Source of the DNA: Mobula hypostoma
Lineage: Eukaryota
Direction: 5' to 3'
Assembly: GCF_963921235.1 (NCBI RefSeq)
Contig: NC_086097.1
Span: 86,740,001-86,804,000, forward strand
Length of the DNA stretch: 64,000 bases
The notes under the pieces were generated by a model. It was not told where the DNA came from. It did no database searches and worked only from the letters and a program-made list of their open reading frames with translations. Shown piece by piece: positions 27,468 through 42,523 of this stretch; the first letter of the stretch is position 1, and every line of letters starts with the position of its first letter. The position numbers and the translations under genes are program-made.

Positions 27468-28375
27468 TCAAAGTTCAAGGTAAACTTATTATCAAAGTAC
27501 TGTATGCATATGTCACCATATACTACCCTGAGATCTATTTTATTGTAGGCACTCATAGTGGAACAAAGAAATAGATAGAAATATAATCAGTGATGAACTA
27601 CATGCAAAGACTGACAACCAAAGAATGCAAATTGCAAATACAAAAAAATTGTGATAATAAATCAATAAATAGATTATACTAAGAGCATGAGTTGTAGAGT
27701 CCTTGAAAGTGACTTGATAGGTTGTGGTGAGTTGATAGGTTCACGGTTGAGCTGGGAGAAGTTATCCATGCTGGTTCAGGTGCTTGATGGTTGTAGGGTA
27801 TAACTGTTCCTGAACGTAGTAGTGTGGGACCTAAGACTCCTGTACTTCCTTCCCAATGGCAGCAGCAAGAAGTAAGCATGGCCTGACTGGTGTGGTCTGT
27901 GATGACTGATTTCTTGTGGCAATGCACCTTGTATATGTGTTCAGTGGTGGGGAAAGCATGTCCTGTGATGGACTGGGTTGTATCCACCACTTTTAGTAAG
28001 TTTTTCTGTTCTTGGGCATTGGTGTTTCCATATCAGGCTATGGTGCAACCAGTCAGGACTCTTTCTACTGTTTATCTATAGCATTTTGTCAAAGTTTTAG
28101 ATGGCATGCAAAAATCTGTGTAAACATCCAAGAAAGTAAAGGAGCTGCCATGCCTTCATTGTTATGTTACTTGCGTACTATTTGTAGGATAGATCCTCTG
28201 AAATGATAACGCCAAGAAATTTGAAGTTACTGATTCTCTCCACCTCTGATCTTCGAATGAGGACTGACTGATTGATCCCCATTTCTTCCTCCTGTGGTCA
28301 GTAAACAGCTCTTTGGTTTTGCTGACATTGAGGGGTTGTTGTTGCATCATTCAACCAGATTTTCAGTCTCTCCCC
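27468..28375 (-). mobile_element. Rex1/Babar-type LINE 3' portion
   Basis: LNVSKTKELFTDHRRK and VDTTQSITGHAFPTTEHIYKVHCHKK on minus; TTGAACTTTGA tail. Confidence 0.8.
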
Positions 28376-28849
28376 TATATGTCTTCAAGATGGTGCTGGC
28401 GATATAAAGTGTGAGCAGCTTACAAAACTACTAGATACTAGATTCTTAAGAACATCTTCAGTAACATTTTTTTATTGATGTAAGTTTCAGCCAGCAAGCA
28501 TAGGAAGTTAACGAAAGATCTTTCTGAAAGATCCTGTACTGTCACTGGATTACAGATTTTACTTCGGGGACTTGAACTACATGGTTCTAACCTTTAATAA
28601 TTTGCGGACTGCAATTGTATGTATTAGTTTTAAGTGCAGTCTAACAAAGATTTAATATAGGTTTAGCTTAACTTTTGTACTTATGAATTCTATACAGAGA
28701 AAAAATAACTTGGTTTGCTTTTTTATCTGTTGCTCTACTGATATGTGGCACAACATGTAGTGTTTACAGTATGTGTACTTAAAGATAACTTCAATCTTCT
28801 TTTCCACCTGCACCTTTGAAGTAAAGTGATTTTTTTTTGTTCTTCTTAT

Positions 28850-30107
28850 CATGGCTAGAATCAATGCCTGTCTCAGGAAGGACCTGGGCCCATTGCAGTT
28901 TGCCTGTCAACACAGTAGATCTACAGCAGACGCAATTTCAGTGGCTCACCGCGTGACCTTGGATCACTTGGATAGTGCAAATACCTATGTCAGGATGCTG
29001 TTTATCGACAATAGCTCAGCATTTAACACAATCATTCATACATTCCTGATCAAAAAGCTACAGAACCTCTGTACTTCCTTCTGCAACTGGATTCTCAACT
29101 TCCTAACCGGCAGACAACAATCTGTGGACTTGAGATCATCTCTCCATCTTGCTGACAATCAACACTGATGCACTACAGGGATATGTGCTTAGGCCACTGC
29201 CGTACTCTGTCTACACTCATGACTGTGGGGTTAGGCATACTCAAATGCCATCTATAAATTTGCTGATGATACCATTGTTGGCAGAATTTCAGAGAGTGAT
29301 GTAAGGGTGTACAGGAGCGAGATGTACCAGTTAGTTGAGTGGTATCATAGCACTCAGTATCAGCAAGACCAAAGAGTTGATTGTGGACTTCAGAAACGGT
29401 AAAATGAAGGAACACAAACCAATCATAGAGGGATCAGAAATGGAGTGAGTGAGCAATTTCAAGTTCCTGGGTGTCAGTATCTCTGAAGACCTAACCTGGA
29501 GTCAGTATATTGATGCAGCTATAAAGAAGGCAAGACAGTGATTATATTTCATTAGGAGTTTGAGGAGATTTGGTTTGTCAACTAAAGTACTCAAAAACGT
29601 CTACTAATATACTGTGAAGAGCATTCTAATTGGCTGTATCACTGTCTGCTATAGGGGGAGGGGTGTTTACTGCACAAGTTGAAGAAACTTGTAAAATTAG
29701 TCAGCTCCATCATGGGTACTAGTCTACATAGTGTCCAAGATATCTTCAAGGAGCGGCACCTTAGGAAGGCAGCGTCCATCATTAACAATCCCCACACCCA
29801 GCACATGCCCTCTTCTCATTGTTGCTGTCAGGAAGGAGGTATAGAAGCCTGAAAGCACACACTCAACGATTCAGGAACAGCTTCTTTCCCTCCATCCAAT
29901 TTCTAGATGGACATTGATCCCATGAAAACTACCTCACTACTTTTATGTTTATTTTCTTGCACTATTTGTTTTAACTTAACTATTAAAAAACATATATATT
30001 TAATTCAGTTTTTTCTCTATATTTATTTGCATTTTGTTGTACTGCTGCCATAAAGTGAACAAATTTCACAATATATGCCGGTAATATTAAATCTGATTCT
30101 GATTCTG
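28850..30107 (+). mobile_element. Rex1/Babar-type LINE RT and 3' end
   Basis: [44 protein letters not shown] and IYKFADDT; (TCTGAT)n tail. A possible 5' end CAAGATGGTGC lies at ~28386. Confidence 0.88.
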
Positions 30108-31106
30108 AACATGTACCATCTTGCAGTTATCTATATTGAACTTCCTTTGTCTAATAGGCAAATTAATTCATTTCCTCTTCAGTAATGACTTTTCCTCCCA
30201 ATATTGTGTCATTTACAAATAGAAACTCTTTACATTACAGAGTTTAAGTCGTTAATGTAAATTGAGGATGATAGTGATCTCAGCATTGACACTTGTAAAC
30301 TATCACAACTGATTTCTTTGAACTATTCACAGATACTTTCCTTCTGGATTGTTACCTTTAGCCAGCCCTGGCAATGCATTCTCTCAAACTTTAGTCGTTA
30401 GTTTATTGCAGGCAACCTTATGAAAGGCTTTTTTAATGATCCAGCTAAGTTAAATTTGTTTCTTTATCATTGACTGTTATCTCAAAAACATTTTTAATCA
30501 GGCAAGATTTCTCAAATCTATGCTCCTTATTGTGCTCTGGATCTTGAGATATTTTTCTTTTCTCTGCATTATTTTTTCTGCCACTGAGAGCTGACTGAGA
30601 CACAATTTCCTGCACATGTTCTGTCCCTCTTAAATTTGTGTATTCTCTGGAGCTACACCTGATAAATTACTAAGCATTTGTGGTAATACTGCTGGTATCT
30701 CATCTGTAGAGTACTTATAAATGCGTGAATACAATCTAACTAGACCTGGTATTCTGTCTTAATCTGAGTTTGATTTGTTCTTTTATTATATCAGTTTTTT
30801 CTATTCTAACTGCATTAATTTCATTACTTCCCTATGATCCAATGTTATGTCCACCTGTTCTATTTCTGATTTATTATTTCTGACACTTTCTTTTTCCCAT
30901 TTTATTTTTCTCTTTGTTCCATGATTTCCCTTTTCCTAAAGGTATAAGCTTTGAGGAGAGAATTTAAGCTTGAGAGAGGAGGAAATTCAAGTCTTTAGAC
31001 TTGTGCATCAGAAAGCACAGTTCCCAGCAGATTATCAATTCCAGAATATGGGGGTAGTTTTGCTATGATTAACTTTAATGAAAGTAAACCTGTGAAAATG
31101 GTAATA

Positions 31107-32303
31107 CAGTGGATTCCAGTTAATTGGGACATGTCAGGGTCACTGCATTTTGGCCCAGTTAAGCGGCTACCCCAATTAGTCGGTTTCCTGGGAATAGTTA
31201 AAAAGTATAAAAGAGACAAACTACTATTTAACTGAGTAGCAAATTATGTATTAAAATGAAATATAGAACATATTGAAACACTACCAATGCTACTACAGTA
31301 GTATAAAATATGTATTAGTTCTTATTAGTTATCAATGGAGGAATTCATCCAGTGTATACTGCCGTGTCCAAGGAGGGCTAGAACCTCAGGTAAAGCGGCT
31401 TGTGGTGTTCATTCTGGGGCAGCTCACTCACCTTCAGTCCCCATTGGACATTCAGCTCTCGCATGTGGCTCCAAGTAGTAGTTTGTATGTGACAGATGGC
31501 CACACTGGGGTATACTGCTTTGACAGGTGGGCTAAACCAGGTGAGGGTAGCCAGTGGGCCTCATATCCTGGTGAAATAGGGTCATGCTTTTACAAGCATG
31601 TGAAGTCAGCTCCAGTGGACTGGGCAGATCAACAGTGAGATCCAACGACCAAGAAGGCAGTTCTGCAATACTTTGAGGAGAGCAAAAGCATAATAAGGCA
31701 CAGAAGAAGCCATGGTTATCCATATCAATAAGGAAGACCCCAGTTTGTGATGATTATTGTACCACTGGACCCGGACTTCCGAGGCAAAGAGAGTAGAATT
31801 TCCCCAATGCAATGGCTTTTCCATTTAAAAAAACTCTCCCACATAGATTTCATTGGCGTCATCAGATACAATGGACAACCAACATCTTCTGTCCAGTGGG
31901 AGAGGGGAGAAGTGAGAATGTCTGAGGTGGGTGGGGTCTTTGATTAGCGCAAACACCTAGTGCTAACAATGGAAGCAGTGAAATCATTTCATTTTCACTC
32001 TTGGCCATTTCCAAGCCTGAATGCTTGAAACCACAGTGAGCAAAGCAGCTCTGAATTGTTTTACTGCTTATTTCTCACTATCAGTGACAAAAATCAGTGC
32101 ATTTTGAACACAGAACGCAAATGACACTATTTAAAAATTATTTGCACCAGTAACAGTGTGATGTCGAACAGCCATGCATTCACTGGACTGATGGTAGTTG
32201 GAAACTGTTCAGCAACAGTCTCCTGACTCAGTTAAACGGCATAGCATCCCAAATAAGCAGATGCCCTGATTAACTGATGGGAGCAATTCATCAGAATCTA
32301 CTA
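31107..32303. mobile_element. TcMar/Tigger-like non-autonomous DNA element containing a ~520-bp insertion (~31366-31890, possibly RTE-related)
   Basis: TA-CAGTGGATTCCAGTTAATTGGGAC at left; degenerate inverse GGGAGCAATTCATCAGAATCTACTA at right. Internal GC-richer block differs in composition. Confidence 0.6.
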
Positions 32304-32874
32304 TTTTTTTTAAAAAATGATGTAATTGTTCTGTATAGTCTGTAACACCAGTGATTTTTTTTGTTAATTTTATCCAGACAATTCTTTATATTCCATTTGT
32401 ATGTTCTTTATAAATTGTGCAGAATATTATCAAATCTGCAGTGGCTGTTTCTCATTAATTGTTCTTTGCACCAATTAATCTTCCATCCCTTTTAAAGTAT
32501 TTTTATAACATTTTAAAGTAGCTGGAGATAATTTTCTTAGTTTCAGATGAGGATTTTCTTAGTAATCATAGAGGATCATATTTGCATGTACGTAAAATAT
32601 ATGTGAATTTGTGTATACAGAAAATATCAGCATTTGTGTTAAAGTTTAAAAGCAGACTTTATTGCTTGTTTTAGACTAGTATGTAGTTTCGATATTGATC
32701 TACAATTATTCAGATGGTTGGGGTGTTGAGGTTTTCTGATACATGACAGAATCTGTTGATTTGCAGTGAACTAAGCATTGTCGTTTTGGTACAGAGTTGC
32801 CACTTTATGGGTGACCTGTGTAAACAGAATTTAACATGAATGGAATAGAATTGCTCATCCTGTTTTTTGTCTGA

Positions 32875-33060
<186 letters not shown>

Positions 33061-33131
33061 TGATCATGCAAAGTGCGTGTTTCAAATATCAGTTGTGTTT
33101 CACTACTTCCTCAACTGCTTATAAACCTAAA

Positions 33132-33198
33132 GCATGTTCTGTGTCTTGAGCTGCTGTTGCATGACTTCATGAGCATGTTGGCTTAATGGAAGTGCATG
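33132..33198 (+). promoter_or_regulatory. Cluster of RBFOX-type (U)GCAUG motifs downstream of exon D
   Basis: GCATG at 33132 and 33173, TGCATG at 33158 and 33193; 85-150 nt after the donor. Confidence 0.55.
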
Positions 33199-35953
33199 TT
33201 TGTCTGCTGCTTTGTGCATAAAGTTTTAATGTTGCAACCCTTAGCAACTTTGGAAAATGTCCCCAAATCACCATCTAGTTTTTATTGTGACTCTAGTCCA
33301 ATGAAAAACAAAAGAACACACACTGGTAGATGTTAACATTATTTTATACTCTGGTTGGCAAAATCTGCAACTTATTATTATTTTTACTTACCCATATTTG
33401 GGAATGTCATGCATTCCACATCAGAATAATTTCCCAGCCCTTCCCATGGTTGCTAAGTGCTAGCAACACAAATTTCTAATTACTACTCAATTGGATCAAT
33501 TTAGAATCCTGACTCCACATATTTAAAATGTTGTGGTCAAAGTGATGCTGCTTCCCCTCTGTTTATGTATGCATTTTACCAGTACTTGAAGTTTATGAAT
33601 TAGAACAGAAGGTGGGATTGACATTGTCTTTCAGTTGCAGTTGAACAACATGTAACAAAAGGATCAACAAAATTTATTTGCTTTTGTGATGTGTCCCAAT
33701 TTACAAAGCCCGGCATCCTGTAAGACTTGTAAAACTGTTTCTTCAATTTGTTCTGTCAGGTTTGAAGAGGGTGGGGTGCTTCTAGATCTGTTTGTACCTG
33801 CACCAACATAGAATAGTACCTTTAATGTAGCCTATCCTTGTTCCTATCAAAATGCATCACTCTGTTATGTCATGAATGCAAATAATCATCAGCTTGCATA
33901 TGCCCTTTTTGTAAGTGGAATAAAAATAGCAGAATTGTGACTTGACCTTTGTTAACAAATCTATGAGAATCTGCCATTTCCCCCTTCTTTCATTCTACTT
34001 TCTCTGATAATCCCAGTTTCTGGTACTCTCCCATCAAAACCCAATCTCCAGTGACCATGCATGATGTTATTTCTCACTAGAAGATATTGGAGATTTACTT
34101 TTTAAGCAAGCACACCGAGCAAAAGGAAAACAGGAGAACAGAAAAAAATGCTTTTCACAGGAAGTTGTAGCTAAGAAGTATTGATTTCTCTTGTGCCTTA
34201 TTTATTACCCATCAGTCAGATACTGCAGGTGACAGTAAGATCCTGGTAACCTTTTTCCACCTCACCTGTTGCATAACAAACACAGAATCCCTCTCCATTA
34301 CAATTGTTTGTAACTGCATTTCATAAACTGATTCCCTCCTCATGAAAGTAGATTCTTTAGAGTTGTCACATTTGGCATCCAGTACTTCTATATTTTTTGT
34401 TCCCTGGCTCCAACTGACCCAGTTAATATTAGGAACAAGGTATTGCATCATGATGTAGCACAATGTTACATGCTTGTCAACTGTGGCCACTTCTTTATTA
34501 ATTTGTACACGTTAGATCCCACAAGTATATTAGAATAGGCAACGAATCTTCTTTTGTTACGAGGAACACATCAATTACAATCTTAAAATTGAATCAAATA
34601 ATGACCCAATTTTAATGTGTTTGCATTCCCTCTTTATCAGTTAACTCCAGGTGTGCTTTAACCTTATTTGTATCAACTAATTGTTGAATTGCAGATTTAC
34701 CTACACATTTGTCAAGTATGTTCATTTTAACTTTTAATATTTAGTAGTTGTTGCAAAGGAGTCCTGTACAGCAAATAGAACTTTTAAATAATAGTAAAGA
34801 CATATATAAGAGATTCCTCTGATCAATAATTCTGTAACTACAAAGATATTTGACCTGGGTAATTATATGAGATAATAGACCCAAAGTTCGTTTTTAAAAA
34901 CTTTGAGTGAAATCTGAGATTCTGTTAGTTATATTTCTTGGATAGGTTGGAGATTTTGGTTTAATTGAAGACTTTTTACCTATCATAGTCAACTAATTCA
35001 AATTAAGGATTCTAACAGCGCGCAAACTTATTTTGAAGCAAAGCATCAGTTTTCCTTAAGTTAACTTTACAGCTGCAGAAGGATTGTGATACAAGGATCA
35101 TGTGGAATAAAGTGGCAGAGGCTTGAAAGTTCAGCTTCCTCTGGTTAACTGAAAGTTTTGTGCAACTATTGTGAATCAGTAAAAGGAGCCCTTTTAAAAT
35201 GAACTAGCTTACCTTATTTCAACGAGTGCATTATAGTTTTGGAAGGTGGATCTGACTTGCATTGCATTGCATGATTCATTACCTGAAATCACACCATGTC
35301 CATTTTAATAATGAAATAATAGGAAACCCAAATTTTGCATTTCCTTCGGTGTATGATCAGCTATTAAGATATCCATTCAGATTTGAAGCCTAATTTCCCC
35401 CAAGTATTTATTTCGCTGCTCATAAAATTTATAGTTTAAAATATGCTAATTTGAATTTTGTGTATATTAAAATTTCATACAGTGATGTATTTGGATTTCA
35501 AAAGTAAATAAGCTAGTATGTCTGCCAATTTATTTATATAGAGCCATAGTTTTTAGACCAGTCTCTTTTATTACAGGACATCACACACTTCAACTGTGCA
35601 ATATTTATTTTTGTACAGAATTGTTTAGGGTTGTTACTCTAAATATCTGCAAAGAAAATATCTGCATATATAGGGTGAAGTGCAGGATTGCATATAATTA
35701 TCCCTTTCTGAGGAAGTAATTTAGGATTGGACACCAGACAACTTAGCCGAGGTTGGCCTATTGCCTATAAGCTATTTGTTGTATTAAACTCGCTCTATCT
35801 TCTGTTTTTTTTATTGATAATTCTTTGCCTCATTTGTTGGGTTTGCAAATCTAAAATTGCATGAATATCCTGGCTTCCACTGTTGGTGTGCTTTTGTGTT
35901 CCAGTGTTAATTCATGCATGGTCAATGTTTTCTCTAGTTGCCTTTTGATGTGA

Positions 35954-36232
<279 letters not shown>

Positions 36233-39200
36233 TAAAGAGAGAGTACTCCTTTTGGGCATTGACATTGGCTAATTGAAAATTAAAACATACAACCATTCAA
36301 TGGTAATGTTGAATTTGCTTGAATGATTATGTGTTTGCTGCACTAATTTTTTTCGGATGCAAAATTCTGCCCAATTGTTTTAAGGATATGCTGTCTCTTT
36401 AAGTTGCTGATTTATTGTTTTCCAAAATGTTTGATTAATGATTAAGTTCAATATGGTGAATATTTATTTTTGTTTGTGTGACTTGCCCTTGGATTATTCA
36501 GAGATCATTTTCTTTGGATATCTGTTACATTTTCGTCAAGGAGTTCAAAACTGAATGATGTAATTCAGCAGGGCCTAACATGCAGGAGGGAAGAAAATGC
36601 TTCAGTAATATCTCAAAGGAAATATCCTAATGCTAGGATGGTGGCAAATTCAGCAATAAGATTAAGTAGTGATCTAGATCATCTTTTATCCTAGAATTAC
36701 ATAAATGATATTTTCTTTTTCTGTGTTTTTTGAGTTATTTGGAAACTTGAACACCAGGTAGATGTATGGGTAGAAGAGTTGTTGAACCAGCAATAGCAAA
36801 AGGAAAGCCCCAAATGATATTTTTTTAATGCTGTGGAATGATACATTTAAAATTGTTGAACAGAACCTAATTGCAGACCGGTACTAGATGAATTTCAGGG
36901 CACAAATTGTTTCTGTAGTATCCAGACCAATATTTATTCATCTAAGCCGTCAGGGAAAAAATAGGATTATCCTGCTAAGATAATGTAGATTGTGAGAACT
37001 TGCTGTTTTAAGCTAAGGTGCAGCTTTATCCCCATCACAACGATCACTAAATTACTGTAGTATTTCAAGGTACATTCAGAATACGAAGTGCAACAACAAC
37101 TGCGAGTTATTATTTTTAATTATGGCCTAACTTTCAAGAGTAATCACTGATATGTAGCCTTGTATTACAGCATGTCCTACCATGAATTTTGGATTTTGTT
37201 GGATACTGTACTGCTGCCACAAAATCTTGGACTGAAATGCTCTGACTTGCTGTTGGGACAGTAAGTTTTGTGGATATGTGGCTGGGTAAGGTAATGATTT
37301 TGGGGGCTGTGCAAAACTGACTGGTGAATGAGCCATCTATTGGTAATCCTGGCTAAAGAATATCCATTTCAAGAGCCAAGTCATCAGCTTTGACCACCAA
37401 GTATGCTTGTGTTTCATTACCTCATGGCAGGCCACTGACTCCAGGGCTGTTGCAGTGTTGGATGATTGAGCTGACCTCCAGAGAGGATGACAGCAAATCT
37501 TATTCAGGGTGAGGAGAAGGAGTATCAGGAGATGAGAGTGAGAATGGACAACATCAGTTTAACAAGCATTGTAGAATTATTTAGTGAAATGCAGTGCAAC
37601 TCAAAAAGATTATAATGTATCTTCCCAAGAGAGAGAGAAATTATGAGACTGTTTTCATACATTTTCTTGAGGCACAAATGACATCAGGTCATAAAAGGAA
37701 ACATAAGGTATGAAAGTAATAGAAATATGTTATTACTGGGAGGGAAAATTAAATAATCAGACCAAGGTGGAAGCCATCTCTATGAGATGAAATAATGAAG
37801 GATACTGGTAAGTCAGAGAGTTGTACAGTATGGAAACGTCCCTTTGGCCAACTGAGTTTGTGTTGACCACTGAACACCCATGATGTTGCAGGAAATAGAA
37901 ATTTTACAAGATACTAATCCAAAATTGATCGAGGTAATTCCAGCAACACATCTTGTGACTAAAACATCTCATTGGTAAATTTGATTTGGGGACCAGACGA
38001 TCCCCTGGTCCTGCTGAAGGGCCTTCAACTAAAACAATAAGTTTGTTTCTCTTTGAATTTCAATTGAATTGACTTTGTTTCTTACATTCTTCACATACAT
38101 GAGGAGTACAAATCTTTACGTCTCCGTCTAAATGTGCAATCATAGTAATTTATTATAAACAGTCTATGTTACAATGAACAGTCAATGTAACATGGAAATA
38201 CACTCAAATCAGCTTGAGTTAATCAGTCTGGTGACCACAGATGCATCCTGATAATGAGTATCAGCAGCAATTTTTGTCTTTGTTTTATGGTCAGAATTAT
38301 TTTGAAAAAAAAATCATATGCAACTGCTTTTAGAATTATTTTCTATGTTATGGTGACTAAGGGAAAGATATACCTATTATAAATTAGAGTATTTTCTTTG
38401 TTGAAGTAATACTTTAGGAGAGACTCATTTGTGGCCTCTAATCAGCATCACCAGGTCACCATCTTCAGCAAGTTTAGTAACATAAATTGTAAAAGTTGTG
38501 ATTTAGTGAGTTGACCCATCCATTGCAAACCTGTTCAGAAACTTACTACATTTTCCAAAGTGAGCAGAGTGGCATTCTGGCCCATTTAATAATTGCAATA
38601 GTGACACAGCAAAAGGCTGTAGAAATGTTTTAAATGACTGGAGGTGTAATTTAAATTATTGTTGTTCATTTAAATTGTACTTTTGTATAATTTGTGATTT
38701 TTATTGGTGGCTTTGCTTAAGTTCTTTTTTGCATTTGTTCTTCTCTTAATCCCAGTACTTTAGGAATAAAAATTTAGAAGTACAGTTACTGACTGTGTGA
38801 ACTTTGAGGGCTAAAACTGTGCAAGTTATCATGGATCGCCAATTTATTCAATGATTTCTGGTTTTGACTTGAATAAGAATGAAGACTACAAATCTTTTTT
38901 ATATATTTTTAAAGTACACATGGATGTTTTTCTCACTAAACATCTGTGCAACATTTTAGTGATATATAGTATATCCATTTATTCATAACTGAGGCAGTGA
39001 TGATTAATTACCTGTTGAATGTCCTTTCAAGATGTTAGTAAGGTTACCTGAATTTTGAAAATGACACCATATGGCATAGCAGTATTAAAAGTAGGAACAG
39101 GTGAGTAAGAGCCTCAAGTCAAAGTTCAAAGTAAGTTTATTATCAAAGTCACCATATACTATCTTCAGATTAATTTTCTTGCGGGCATTCATAGTAAAAC

Positions 39201-40698
39201 AAAGCAATACAATAGAATCATGGGAAACTACACACAAAGATTGACAAACAAACAATGTGTAAAAGAAGATGAACTGTACAAATAAAAATAAATAAATAAT
39301 ATTGAGAACGGGAGTTGTAGAGTCCTTGAAAGTAAATCTCTAGATTGTGGAATTAGTTCAGAGTTGACGTGAGTGAAGTTCAAGAGCCTGGTAGTTGAAG
39401 GGTAATAACTATACCTGAACCTAGTGCTGTGGGACCTCCTTCCTGCTGGCAGCAGCAAGAAGAGAGCATGGCCTGGCTGAAGTGGTTCCCTGAGGATAGA
39501 TGCTGCTGTCTTGTGGCAGCACTCCTTGTAGATGTGCTCAATGGTTGGGATGGCTTTGCCTGTGATGGACTTCACTGTATTGCGTTTCTTTTGTACTCTT
39601 TCTGTTCTTGGGCGTTGATTTTTCAATACCAGGCTGGATAAAAGCAGTCAGGATACTTTTCATTGTGCATTATAAAAGATGGACAAGGTTTTAGATGACA
39701 TGCCGAATCTGTGTAAATGTGTAAGGAAATAGAGGTGCTGCTGTGCCTTCTTTGTAATTGCACACACTTGCTAGTTCCAGGACAGATCTTCTGAAATGGC
39801 AACACCAAGGAATATAAAGTTACTGGGTGTTTCCACCTTGATCCTCTATTGAGGACTGGCTCATGGATCCCCGGTTTCTTCCTCCTGTAGTCAATAATGA
39901 ACTCTTTGATTTTGCTGACGTTGAGTTAGAGGTTGTTCTTCTGGCACCATTCAACCATTTTCAATCTCCCTCCACAATATATGGCAATTTGTCACCACCT
40001 TTGACTCAGCTAACAACAGTGGTGCCATCAGCAAGCTTAAATGTCAAGTTCAACTTCAAGTTTAATTGTCATTTAACTATACATGTGAATACAGTCAACT
40101 GAAACAGCTTTCCTCTAGGGCCAAGATGTAAAACACAGTACTAACTGTCATATAGCACATTCGATTGCAATAGCAGAAAAACAATCACAAAAAAATATAC
40201 GGTATATATAGCTCAAGTCCCTGAGTATGATGGCTTGTGGATTGATGGTGCAAACATTCTCATCGTGCAGCTGCAGATGAACACAATCCAACTTGTCTTT
40301 CATTGAGTGAATACTGGAGGGCAGCATCGATGGGTGGGGCCATCCCTCAACCAAGCATGGATTCCAGCTTTCTCCCACACCAGTTCCGCCGTCTCCTTCC
40401 CTGGGCAGCTGCAACAGGTGACCAATGGCATGAGGGCCTGGTCTGTGCAATAATCAAAGCCATGCAGCTCCCTTACTGTCATTCTTGCCAATGAACTAGT
40501 GAACTGGATTTGCAGAATTTTATGTTACTTACAGAATTTGTCCAGTTGAGTCTTGCATTCACAAGAAAAAAGTTCAAGACAATCATTTGCATCATTAGTT
40601 TGACAATGCACTGCCTCTGATGCCTTTCTCCTTGGGTAGTTGAGCCACTGGCAACTGAGTACACAGTAAGTCCAGCTCCACCACCATCGGAGGAGGGA

Positions 40699-41329
40699 GG
40701 AGAAGATGGCGCGATGCAGCGCGCGCGGCCGTTCAGAATGATTTTGTATGTGTTAACTAGAGGGCCGTGCAGAATCCTGATTTGATGGAGACAGCTGTGA
40801 GAAGCAGGGAAGAACACCTGCAGAAACTTCTGAAATGCCCGCTTTGCTGCCGCTGCTACTGTGCGATCGAGAATATCCGGAGGGGAAGGCTCTGAATCCT
40901 CGGGTTTGCCTGTTGCCAGGGCTGGGGTCGAAGTGCTCAGCAGAGATGGTGCTCGGTTCTCGGTGTCGGAGAGCTGGTTGGAGGCTCGAAGTTTTTGGAC
41001 GGACTCGGAGTCGAACTGTGGTCGGATGCTTCCAGGATGCTGAATCGGTAAGTTTGCAGCGCTGGGGGTTCACCGTCTGCGTGAGATGATGGGACTTTCG
41101 AGAGACTTTGAGATTTTATACCGTGCCCATGGTCTGTTCTTATCAAAATACGGTATTGCTTTGCACTGTTGTAACAATGTTATAATTATGTGGTTTTTGT
41201 TAGTTTTTCAGTTGTTTTGTCATGTGTTCCTGTGATAGCATTCTGGAAAAAAATTGTATCATTTCTTAATGCATGCATTACTAAATGACAATAAAAGAGG
41301 ACTGCGTATCCTCATAATCTAATCTAATA
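40699..41329 (+). mobile_element. YY1-headed non-autonomous retroposon, copy 3 (full length)
   Basis: Starts GGAGAAGATGGCG, shares AACTTCTGAAATGCCCGCTT.GCTGCCGCTGCTA with copy 1, and ends AATAAAAGAGGACTGCGTATCCTCATAATCTAATCTAAT. Confidence 0.85.
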
Positions 41330-41337
41330 ATCCAATC

Positions 41338-42523
41338 CAGGGGTCACCAATCTTTTTTGCACTGCGGACCGGTTTAATATTGACCCGGTTGTTGGGGGGG
41401 GGGGGGGGCTAGGGTTGCCAACAGACAAGAGTAGCAGTCAAATACATTGAGCTTACCCCGAGAAAGACTACAAAGACCATGAAGCCTTGCGCGGGCACCA
41501 GTGCGCATGCGTGTACATGCTGATGTTTTTCTACAAATGGTTCTTGGCGATTCTGTTCGGGGGGGCGGGTGGGGTTTGTTAATCACGACCGGAATGTAGG
41601 CGATAAGTGGCTAATACACTCAATTTCCTTTCTAAAAGGGTTTATGTAACGAATTTAATATTAAACACACAGTGCATATTTTCCTCGCATGAATATAGCG
41701 ATAAGTCAATTATCAGGGGAGGACGGGGGAGCTTGAAGTAAGTATTGAACGAATTTCCAGTAGGAGTGGTAGAGGCAGGTTCGATATTATCATTTAAAGA
41801 AAAACTGGATAGGTATATGGACAGGAAAGGAATGGTGGGTTATGGGCTAAGTGTAGGTCAGTGGGACTAGGTGAGAGTAGCGTTCGGCACGGACTAGAAG
41901 GGCAGAGATGGCCTGTTTCCGTGCTGTAATTGTTATATGGTTATATAAGTCAGTTATAAGTCAATAGCATCATAATGTTCTAAATAACGTTTGGATATTT
42001 AACACACAGCACATATTTTCCCCATATGAACATACAAAATCATTGCAACACACCAATATCGCTGAATCAGTGGGAGCCCTGGGCTTGTTTCCCGGCAACA
42101 AGACGGTCCCATCGAGGGGTGATGGGAGACAACGATACTCGAAGGGGGTTCCTTATGTCCAGTCTATTCCGCAATTTAGTTTTCGTTGCATTCATTGCAG
42201 AGATATGTTGGAAATGGAAGCTCTCAGTGCTTTCGTGGCTATCTCAGGATATTTAGCCTTGACTTTGATCCAGAATGTCAGCAGAGACGTTATGTCAAAC
42301 ATACTTTTCAGCCTGCTGTCATTTCGAAGCTCGAGGAGTTGATCTCCTTCTCGCACTGACACGGATGACGCACGGGTAATGACCTCGTGTGCATTCAAGC
42401 TCAACAGTGGCCGTGACAGGGAATGAGGAAAGGTGCAGCTGACTCATATCGTTTCCTCGTGGCCCAGTACCACATGCTTTGCGGCCCGGTAACGGTCCGC
42501 GGCCCGGTGGTTGGGGACTGCTG
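41338..42523 (-). mobile_element. hAT-Charlie (MER1-like) non-autonomous DNA transposon
   Basis: TIRs CAGGGGTCACCAATC / GGTTGGGGACTGCTG; 8-bp TSD ATCCAATC (41330-37) / ATCTAATC (42524-31). Transposase C-terminal relic FWIKVKAKYPEIATKAL on minus. Confidence 0.9.
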
